A stretch of DNA of 34,757 bases from an uncultured Spirochaetales bacterium (lineage in GTDB: Bacteria > Spirochaetota > Spirochaetia > SPDA01 > CAZJBZ01), in assembly GCA_964543975.1 (NCBI GenBank), contig CAZJBZ010000002.1, forward strand, positions 1 to 34,757. Reading direction: 5' to 3'. The notes beneath the pieces are model-generated. The model saw nothing but the letters and a program-made list of their open reading frames with translations. It did no database searches and was not told the origin of the DNA. The position numbers were made by a program, and so were the translations under genes. Numbering within the stretch: position 1 is the first letter of the stretch; the number at the start of each line of letters is the position of its first letter. This document shows positions 9,241 to 15,332 of this stretch, piece after piece.

Positions 9241-9748
9241 TTGGCCGGTTATTACGCTATGATCGAGAACCTGGACCACAACATCGGACGTGTCATAGAA
9301 AAACTTCGCGAGAAAGGGATGCTGAATAATACATACGTTATCTTTTTCAGCGACCACGGTGATATGCTCGGCTCTCACGGCCAATTCAGAAAAACCGTCC
9401 CGTACGAGGAAGCGGTGAGGGTCCCTGCTCTCATCAACCATGTTGATATTGCTCCGACCACACTTGGGTTGTGTGATATTGATGTTCCTCAATGGATGGA
9501 AGGGACCGATTATTCGTTTTATCGTCTGTTAGATAAAGAGAATACGAATGAGCCCGACTCCGCGTTTATCCAGTCTGTCGTTGCGACAGGACATCCCAAT
9601 AGCATCGATAAACCGTGGCGGGGTCTTGTTACACGAAACGGCTGGAAATATGTCTGTTTTGAAAACATGCCCTGGCTGCTCTTCAATGCATGAACGATTA
9701 CGCGGATGGATTTCTTCTACCGAAGATACGTTTGCTTTGGATAACTAG
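9241..9748 (+). pseudogene. Remnant of a second sulfatase gene: N-terminal catalytic half missing, internal deletions, frameshifted tail
   Basis: ORF 9241..9693 begins directly after the ROK stop with the mid-sulfatase block AGYYAMIENLDHNIGRVIEKL...VIFFSDHGDMLGSHG and has no CxPxR region. The usual ...PWLLF(D)L.NDP... tail is cut (LLFNA*). A sulfatase-like C-terminal piece (ERLRGWISSTEDTFAL) continues in another frame within ORF 9548..9748. Confidence 0.7.
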
Positions 9749-9900
9749 ATATGAACTCGTTGTGAAAGAGGCATCGGTGCCGAATGGTTGATAAAAAGTA
9801 TCATGAGGAAATGTTCAATAATCCTCTGCCGTGAGAGGTTTATAGGATAAAAGAAAAGGTATCTTTCAATTTAAGGATTTGTGAATCAAATGTTTTTAAT

Positions 9901-10170
9901 CTAAGTCGATGCCGGACGGCATATCCGTTGTCTCTTCCGGCCCGCATCTCGTAGGCTGATTAGTTCTTCAATTGTAAAATCTTTACAGATATTCCGTAAT
10001 CGGGAAAGTGAGGTAAGCGGATCGGTTGAAGGTATTTCTTCCTCTTTTTTCAACACAGCGACAGGTTTGCCCCGTCTGGTAATATGTATGACCGTTCCTT
10101 TCTCAACCTCACGGAGAAGATTGCTTAAGTTCGTTTTCGCTTCAAACGCACCGACTTGGATAGTGTTCAT
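9901..10170 (-). CDS. Phd/YefM-family type II antitoxin with no cognate toxin gene
   Basis: ORF 9901..10257, trimmed to the ATG at 10170. MNTIQVGAFEAKTNLSNLLREVEKGTVIHITRRGKPVAVL is the classic Phd/YefM N-terminus. I found no plausible toxin ORF in the 200 bp downstream. Confidence 0.7.
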   Translation of the reverse strand: MNTIQVGAFEAKTNLSNLLREVEKGTVIHITRRGKPVAVLKKEEEIPSTDPLTSLSRLRNICKDFTIEELISLRDAGRKRQRICRPAST

Positions 10171-10176
10171 AGAAAA

Positions 10177-10205
10177 ACAATACATCTGATGAACCGGTCT
10201 GTCAA
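10177..10205 (-). promoter_or_regulatory. Promoter placing the transcription start at or next to the antitoxin ATG (leaderless arrangement)
   Basis: On the minus strand: TTGACA (10205-10200), 17 nt, TATTGT (10182-10177), 6 nt, ATG (10170). There is no SD. Confidence 0.45.
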
Positions 10206-10210
10206 ATAGT

Positions 10211-11737
10211 TTATGCCATCCCGAACCGTTCCCTGTTGAGTGCGGCGATCTGATCACTACAACGGTTAAAGTGCTTCAGCAGCTTTGGATCGAAGTGGCT
10301 TGGTTGTACCCGCTCATCCCCGTTGTTGATGATATCCATTGCTTCCTGATGTGAGAAACCGGACCGGTAACTTTTTGTGCCCCGCAGCGCGTCGTAGACG
10401 TTGGCAAGGGAGACGACGCGGGCGGAGAGCGGTATCTCTTCACCCGTGCGTCCGTTCGGATAGCCGCTTCCGTCCCAATGTTCGTACAGTCCGCCGGCAA
10501 TCTCTTTGACGAGTGAAAACCTCGGCAGATCGCTCAGGATCGAATGGACATACTCGGGGATTTTTTTGATAATTTCCCATTCACGGTCCGAAAGCGGCTG
10601 CTGTTTTACCAAGATATTATGGTCGATAAGGAGTTTTCCCATATCGTAGAGACCGACGGCGTCGGTTATCTGATTGACAAACCCTTCGCTGCATCCGAAT
10701 TGTTTACAGAGAAGGCCGCTTAGCTCTTTTACACGAATATGCTTTCCGGTTGCATCGTCCTTGATTTCGGCGATACGGCTTAGCGAATTGGCCAATGCCG
10801 TATACTCCATCTCTTTCCGCCTCATTCGGTCGAGAATTGCCGATATGGTATGGGAATAGTGGATAAGGTGGGAAAACCAGGTGAGGGCGAAGGTGCTGAT
10901 CTCTTTTTCGAAATTGAGAAACATTATTTTCTGTTCGTCATCTTCATAATAGATGAAATTTCTGACCTCCCCCACGGCTGTCGTCAGCTCTCTCGGAAGT
11001 TTTTCCTGATATTCCTCGAGAGAGTGTTCTGCCTGCTGCCAATTCGATACCAGCATTCCTTTCTGTTTGCGGCAAAGCGGCTCGAGGGTACTGCTTGCGA
11101 AGGGGAACGAGCACTGCCCGCGGACGATACCGCCTATCTTCGGTGAGATAACTGTCTCCGGTATAACGATACCGTCTGAAATGAACGAGTAGTAGACCGC
11201 TTCCGGTTTGTTTATTTCACCCCTGTAACGCTTCAGGTTCATCTCCAATACCGTCAGGATGATGTTTTCAATGTCTTTCCCTTCAATGGGGAACTCTTCG
11301 ATAAGTGAGTCGGTCAACGAATGGACCTTCTCGAAGAGAAGCTGGTTTTTATTAAAATATTCGTTTAGGTTTTTTATTTGAATGAGTGAACGAATACGGA
11401 TGAGAAGTTCATCGTTGTTACACGGTTTGGTAATAAACTCATCGGCGCCCGCTTCAACACCTTTGGCGATATCGTCTCTGCCGCTTAAGGCGGTCAACAT
11501 GATCACCGGGATGTTCTTTGTTTCTTCCCTGTCCTTCAGTTGTGCACACACTTCGAAACCGGATATCCCCGGCATCATGATGTCAAGGAGGAGCAGATCG
11601 GGCTTCTGTTTTTCTATGCTTGTTAAGGCGTCACTGCCGTTTTTTTCCAGTATGACATGATACCCCTGTTTTGATAAAGTTTTCTCGACTATCATCCGAT
11701 TAAGAGCTTCGTCATCGACGACCATGATAGTCTCCAT
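10211..11737 (-). CDS. Response regulator: REC domain, an unassigned domain of about 200 aa, and a degenerate HD-GYP domain
   Basis: ORF 10211..11800, trimmed to the ATG at 11737 (AGGAGG 5 nt upstream; the longer start falls inside the predicted promoter). REC: MVVDDEALNR...DLLLLDIMMPGISG...TKP. C-terminal region: GKHIRVKEL...GLYDMGKL...LYEHWDGSGYPNG...NVYDALRGTKSYR. Confidence 0.8.
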   Translation of the reverse strand: METIMVVDDEALNRMIVEKTLSKQGYHVILEKNGSDALTSIEKQKPDLLLLDIMMPGISGFEVCAQLKDREETKNIPVIMLTALSGRDDIAKGVEAGADEFITKPCNNDELLIRIRSLIQIKNLNEYFNKNQLLFEKVHSLTDSLIEEFPIEGKDIENIILTVLEMNLKRYRGEINKPEAVYYSFISDGIVIPETVISPKIGGIVRGQCSFPFASSTLEPLCRKQKGMLVSNWQQAEHSLEEYQEKLPRELTTAVGEVRNFIYYEDDEQKIMFLNFEKEISTFALTWFSHLIHYSHTISAILDRMRRKEMEYTALANSLSRIAEIKDDATGKHIRVKELSGLLCKQFGCSEGFVNQITDAVGLYDMGKLLIDHNILVKQQPLSDREWEIIKKIPEYVHSILSDLPRFSLVKEIAGGLYEHWDGSGYPNGRTGEEIPLSARVVSLANVYDALRGTKSYRSGFSHQEAMDIINNGDERVQPSHFDPKLLKHFNRCSDQIAALNRERFGMA

Positions 11738-11791
11738 TGTTTCCTCCTGCTGAAAATCTTTGCTTATGATACGATATCGTGCGCTTGCTGT

Positions 11792-11819
11792 ATTGTACAT
11801 GATTTGTTGATTTTCGCAA
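11792..11819 (-). promoter_or_regulatory. Sigma70-like promoter of the response-regulator gene
   Basis: On the minus strand: TTGCGA (11819-11814), 16 nt, TACAAT (11797-11792). Confidence 0.45.
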
Positions 11820-11900
11820 TATGTATTTTAGGCCGGCAGTGTCGTCCCCGGCCCGGAAGGGTGCCTATCGGTGCGGGGTCGCGTAATCCTTAACGCCGGT

Positions 11901-12896
11901 TCAGTTCGGGTCCCCGGCGGTGTAATACTGTTCCGGCTGCAGATCAGCTGAATGGATGTTCTTTTCGACTACGAGATAACGTCGGATTGAATAACACAGT
12001 TGACATTTGGACACGTAGCTATCTTCCGGTGTAAACCCGTACTTCTCTTGCACGTGTGACAGAAGTCCGTCTGTTCCTTTTTTCATCAATAGAAAGAGGA
12101 AAGGATATTTGTCGCTATCGATCGGGGAGCCCAAATCGGTGTGTTCGACGGATAAGCCGGTGCAGAGACCGGGAATATAGTTCCCGTATAAATCGATATG
12201 AAAGTGGGATGTCTCGAACAGTTCGTAACAGCCTCCGCTATTTTCGGCAAGGAGACGGCTTAACGGCTTCGGTTCCATAAAGCGGGAATAGGTTTCGAGG
12301 GCCCGTCCGCGCATGGTAATCCAGTAATTGCGGGGAAGGTTTTCGATATACCCGTCTCCGAACCGTTCTTCGTACTGTTCCAGCGTATGCGGTTTGGACG
12401 GTCCGAACTGCTGCAGATCGGAGAGAAATCGTTCCACCCAGGGAAATATCCCGATGCCCGCTTCTCCTGCCGCTTGTATCACTCCCAACGTCTTGTTAAG
12501 GGGGATGTACTCGTTATGGAAGGGAGAGATGGAAACTAAGATCGTATTCAATCCTGCCTGCCGAAGCTCCTTCAGCCTGTTGACCGCGGTTTTCCGGTTG
12601 GTGTACCAGGAGCAGTTTGTCTCGACGTAATCCAGTCCCATACGTGCCTGCTTAAAAACAGCGAGCACTTTCAAAAGTCCTTCATGATCGAGAAACGGTT
12701 CCCCTCCCCCGATATGAACGGAATAGCAGCCCATTCTTCTCACCGATGAGAGGACCGAGTCTGTAGCAGCTTCATCGATATACTCTTTCGTCCAAAAGGG
12801 GCTGCAGAAATAGAGGCAGTGCCTGCACCGGGAACTGCAGTAGTAGTTGGTCATGAGCCCGCCCGAGTTGAGTCGTTCTATAACAGCTCCTTTCAT
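11901..12896 (-). CDS. Radical SAM protein of unassigned subfamily
   Basis: ORF 11901..13025, trimmed to the ATG at 12896 (GGGAG 5 nt upstream), giving MKGAVIERLNSGGLMTNYYCSSRCRHCLY with the CX3CX2C cluster motif. A GGGEPF glycine-rich motif follows. Extra Cys residues in the C-terminal half (GGC, GLC, KCQLC). I recognised no obvious SPASM Cx2Cx5Cx3C motif. Confidence 0.75.
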   Translation of the reverse strand: MKGAVIERLNSGGLMTNYYCSSRCRHCLYFCSPFWTKEYIDEAATDSVLSSVRRMGCYSVHIGGGEPFLDHEGLLKVLAVFKQARMGLDYVETNCSWYTNRKTAVNRLKELRQAGLNTILVSISPFHNEYIPLNKTLGVIQAAGEAGIGIFPWVERFLSDLQQFGPSKPHTLEQYEERFGDGYIENLPRNYWITMRGRALETYSRFMEPKPLSRLLAENSGGCYELFETSHFHIDLYGNYIPGLCTGLSVEHTDLGSPIDSDKYPFLFLLMKKGTDGLLSHVQEKYGFTPEDSYVSKCQLCYSIRRYLVVEKNIHSADLQPEQYYTAGDPN

Positions 12897-12955
12897 ACCG
12901 TCTCCCGGATTATCTGTTCGGTACAGATAAAAAGCACCTTGGTTTTGGCTTTCAT
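12893..12955 (-). CDS. Unannotated 20-codon ORF (MKAKTKVLFICTEQIIRETV) translationally coupled to the radical SAM gene
   Basis: ATG at 12955, preceded by AGGAGG (12969-12964) at 8-nt spacing. Its TGA stop (12895-12893) overlaps the radical SAM ATG (12896-12894) as ATGA. The strong SD has no start codon at suitable spacing in the radical SAM frame, so it best serves this ORF. Translated by hand; below the ORF-track length cut-off. Confidence 0.5.
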   Translation of the reverse strand: MKAKTKVLFICTEQIIRETV

Positions 12956-12970
12956 TTTGTACTCCTCCTA

Positions 12971-13003
12971 TAAAAAGGCACCGAAGCCTTGTGACGCCTC
13001 GGT
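12971..13003 (-). terminator. Terminator-like hairpin plus U-tract inside the leader of the small-ORF/radical SAM unit (possible attenuator)
   Basis: On the minus strand: ACCGAGGC-gtcacaag-GCTTCGGT (8-bp stem with one G.U) followed by GCCTTTTTATAGGAGG. The U-tract runs straight into the SD. Confidence 0.45.
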
Positions 13004-13027
13004 AACGATGTAATAGTGCATACAATT

Positions 13028-13055
13028 ACTATACCATGGATGACGGTTTTTCCAA
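13028..13055 (-). promoter_or_regulatory. Candidate sigma70-like promoter for the small-ORF/radical SAM unit
   Basis: On the minus strand: TTGGAA (13055-13050), 16 nt, TATAGT (13033-13028). It lies 38 bp from the MITE end. Confidence 0.4.
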
Positions 13056-13092
13056 CATCCGTACCGTTTTGAAGATCGTTTTACACCGCGGT

Positions 13093-13266
13093 CAGGGATT
13101 CGAAATGTGATCGTAATTTGCTGTGAAAGGTTATGAAGACCGTCAATTTGTTGACGATTTTCTATGCAGATAGGTCTTTTCTATAGCAGAATCATCAAAT
13201 TGACGGTCTCTTATCAATACAATCGTTCACATTTCGAATCCCCAAAGCTTACTTTTCGAATTGCTG
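13093..13266. mobile_element. 174-bp MITE, copy 1, flanked by the 9-bp direct repeat CACCGCGGT
   Basis: CACCGCGGT occurs at 13084-13092 and again at 13267-13275. The left end is CAGGGATTCGAAATGTGA. The right end, reverse-complemented, is CAGCAATTCGAAAAGTAA (14/18 match). A perfect internal copy of the left TIR (tcacatttcgaatcccc) makes a hairpin of about 150 nt. There is no coding capacity. A second copy lies at 33176-33349. Confidence 0.8.
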
Positions 13267-13280
13267 CACCGCGGTACTGT

Positions 13281-14165
13281 TTATGAGAAGCTAATCAGGA
13301 TAACACCAACAAGCATGATGGTCCCGGCGGCTATGTTCCGCCACAGATGTTTTTCCCGAAAGATGAGGCTGCCGAGTATAACGGAGAGGAGTATACTGAT
13401 TCTTTTGACACTGACCGCGTAGGCTACCAGAGTCAGGTTCATGGCCATGAACAGGAAAATCGCCTGCAGATAAATAAGAACTCCGCTTCCGATTACTAGG
13501 GCGAGATGGCGGGTCATTGTCTTAAAAACCGTTTTCAGCCGACGTCTGGCGATGAAATAGACGGTTAAGTAAAGGGAAGAGAGAACTTGAGAAAATGCCA
13601 AGGCAAAAAAGATGGATGAGTTGGCCATCGCCAACTTGAACAGAGGGCCTAAAAAACTAAACAGGAGTGCTGCCACGATCATAAACCGAGGTCCCTTATC
13701 GGTAAAAAGAAGCCGAAACGGCTTTAATACACCGGCACGGGCTTCCGTGATTTTCAGGACGTATGAGCCTAGCGCAATGACCAGCACCCCCGCTAATCCC
13801 AGCAGTGAGGGGACCTCACCTAAAATGAGGAATGAAGTACCGAGGAGGAAAGCAGGGGTGAATGAAGTAATGGGATAGACGGCGGAAACCTCGCCGAAAG
13901 AGAAAGCCATGATCAACGATCCCACGGCAATGACGTCGATAAGTGACGCGCCGATTATCGCGGGATAAAACATCGGTTTTATTTCCGGTATTCCGATTAT
14001 CGACACCACACTCCAGCTGCATACCAGCACAACCAGGAAACCGGAATAGAGCACGGCGAGCCTGCCGGTTACCAGTACCAGTTTACGAGTAAACATGTTT
14101 TTCACGGTTACGAAGAGAGCACTTGAAACAGCAAAAAGAAGCCACAACATTGTCAATACCGCCAA
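13281..14165 (-). CDS. EamA/DMT-family transporter
   Basis: 294-aa protein with about 10 predicted TM helices and two-fold internal EamA-like organisation. The start is uncertain (TTG at 14165 or ATG at 14150). Confidence 0.7.
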   Translation of the reverse strand: MAVLTMLWLLFAVSSALFVTVKNMFTRKLVLVTGRLAVLYSGFLVVLVCSWSVVSIIGIPEIKPMFYPAIIGASLIDVIAVGSLIMAFSFGEVSAVYPITSFTPAFLLGTSFLILGEVPSLLGLAGVLVIALGSYVLKITEARAGVLKPFRLLFTDKGPRFMIVAALLFSFLGPLFKLAMANSSIFFALAFSQVLSSLYLTVYFIARRRLKTVFKTMTRHLALVIGSGVLIYLQAIFLFMAMNLTLVAYAVSVKRISILLSVILGSLIFREKHLWRNIAAGTIMLVGVILISFS

Positions 14166-14256
14166 AAGGTCGAGATAGTATACTGTAAAGGTACCAGTAT
14201 ATTATCGGGACGACAACTAATTGACGTCGGGAACTACGACAATGTTCGGAATTTAT

Positions 14257-15051
14257 TTACGAGGCGGGCACGATTTCTCCTACCTCTTCTAAGATTATAT
14301 CAGGTGCGTAGGCATACGCTTGGACTTCATCCCGTTTCGTGGCACCGGAGAGGACCAAGACGGTATCTATTTCCGCTTCGATTCCGGCGATTATATCGGT
14401 ATCCATCCTGTCCCCGACAATGACGGTATCTTCCCGCCGCGTACCTAGTTTTTTAAGGGCGTGACGCATCATCAAAGGATTCGGTTTCCCCACGAAATAG
14501 GCCTTCTTGTTTGTTGCCAGTTCAATCGGAGAGATGAGGGCCCCCGTCGCCGGCATGATCCCTTTTTCCACCGGCCCGTTGACGTCGGGATTTGTCCCGA
14601 TGAGCTTGGCACCGCCCTGCACTAGATTCACCGCGTGAACAAGAGCATCCAAGTTGTAGGAACGGGCTTCGCCCACAACCACATAGTCCGGATTTACATC
14701 GTCCATCGTTATCCCCGCCGTATAGAGGGCATTGATCAGTCCCGCCTCACCGATGACGTACGCCCTCCCGTTAGGACATTGGGTTCCGAGGAATGTGGCC
14801 GTGGCCAGAGCGCTGGTATAGAAGTGCTCCTTTCCAACCTCGACTCCCATCCGGCCCAACTTCTGCATCAATTCCTGCGGGGACCGTTCGCTGCTGTTGG
14901 TAAGGAAGAGAAAGGACCTCTGTTCTTGTTTCAGCCATGAAACGAAATCAGCCGCTCCGGGAAGCAGACGGTTGCCGTGATAGAGGACACCGTCCATATC
15001 ACAGATAAACGCCTCTTTTTTTCTAATATTCTCTATAATATTTCCCGCCAT
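14257..15051 (-). CDS. HAD-superfamily subfamily IIA hydrolase (NagD-like sugar phosphatase)
   Basis: ORF 14257..15057; I prefer the ATG at 15051 (AGGAAAGG 7 nt upstream). Motif I is FICDMDGVLY. Other blocks are LTNSS and the late GDRMDTDI. Confidence 0.8.
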   Translation of the reverse strand: MAGNIIENIRKKEAFICDMDGVLYHGNRLLPGAADFVSWLKQEQRSFLFLTNSSERSPQELMQKLGRMGVEVGKEHFYTSALATATFLGTQCPNGRAYVIGEAGLINALYTAGITMDDVNPDYVVVGEARSYNLDALVHAVNLVQGGAKLIGTNPDVNGPVEKGIMPATGALISPIELATNKKAYFVGKPNPLMMRHALKKLGTRREDTVIVGDRMDTDIIAGIEAEIDTVLVLSGATKRDEVQAYAYAPDIILEEVGEIVPAS

Positions 15052-15136
15052 AATCACACCTTTCCTGGGATTCCCTGCTATGCGTGGGGCTACGGCAACT
15101 ATAGACCATCAGTTGTAAGATTGCAATCGGATTGTG

Positions 15137-15201
15137 CAGTTGAACAGTGAAGCCGCAGCACGTGAGTTCGAGGATCTTTGTTCACACTTTGCGGGAGAAT
15201 C
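15137..15201 (+). pseudogene. 5'-truncated duplicate of the 3' half of the vapB-like antitoxin gene
   Basis: The 65 nt at 15137-15201 match 15450-15514 with 5 mismatches by hand alignment. It encodes QLNSEAAAREFEDLCSHFAGES versus QLDSESAAREFEDICSHFAGES in the intact gene. Confidence 0.75.
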
Positions 15202-15233
15202 AGGGAACCGGGCTACCGAAAAGGCTTGCAAGA

Positions 15234-15251
15234 CAGCAATTCGAATCCCTT
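15234..15251 (+). repeat. Solo MITE-end-like sequence (both termini collapsed onto the shared TTCGAA core)
   Basis: cagcaattcgaatccctt. Its first 12 nt equal the reverse complement of the MITE copy-1 right end (ttcgaattgctg). Its reverse complement, aagggattcgaattgctg, matches left end plus right end fused (17/18 against cagggattcgaattgctg). Confidence 0.5.
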
Positions 15252-15268
15252 GGCGCCAGGATAAAATC

Positions 15269-15297
15269 TTGACGTTTCCAACCAGCCAAAATATAAT
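15269..15297 (+). promoter_or_regulatory. Near-consensus sigma70 promoter of vapBC
   Basis: TTGACG (15269-15274), 17 nt, TATAAT (15292-15297). The palindrome GTGTACAC lies just downstream (about 15302-15309), and the SD is AGAGGAAAG. Confidence 0.6.
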
Positions 15298-15332
15298 TAA
15301 GTGTACACATATCACACATAGAGGAAAGACAG

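Noticed and set aside
11901-12896. The radical SAM protein as the anaerobic sulfatase-maturating enzyme (anSME) for the Cys-type sulfatase at 6508-7998
   Set aside because: I see no SPASM-type Cx2Cx5Cx3C auxiliary-cluster motif. It is a separate transcription unit about 4 kb away on the opposite strand, beyond pseudogene debris, and it has its own coupled small ORF. An HMM search would be needed to exclude this fully.
13093-13266. The repeated 174-bp units as CRISPR repeats, or as a retron or other ncRNA gene
   Set aside because: There are only two copies, 20 kb apart, each with its own target-site duplication and terminal inverted repeats. There is no array, no spacers, and no cas or reverse-transcriptase genes in the window.
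15221-15256. tRNA 3'-half-like string (…TTCGAATCCCTTGGCGCCA), which could have marked an integration site in a tRNA gene
   Set aside because: The 5 nt on either side of TTCGAAT (agcaa / ccctt) do not pair as a T-stem. No complementary acceptor strand or anticodon arm lies upstream. The TTCGAATCCC word is better explained by similarity to the MITE termini.
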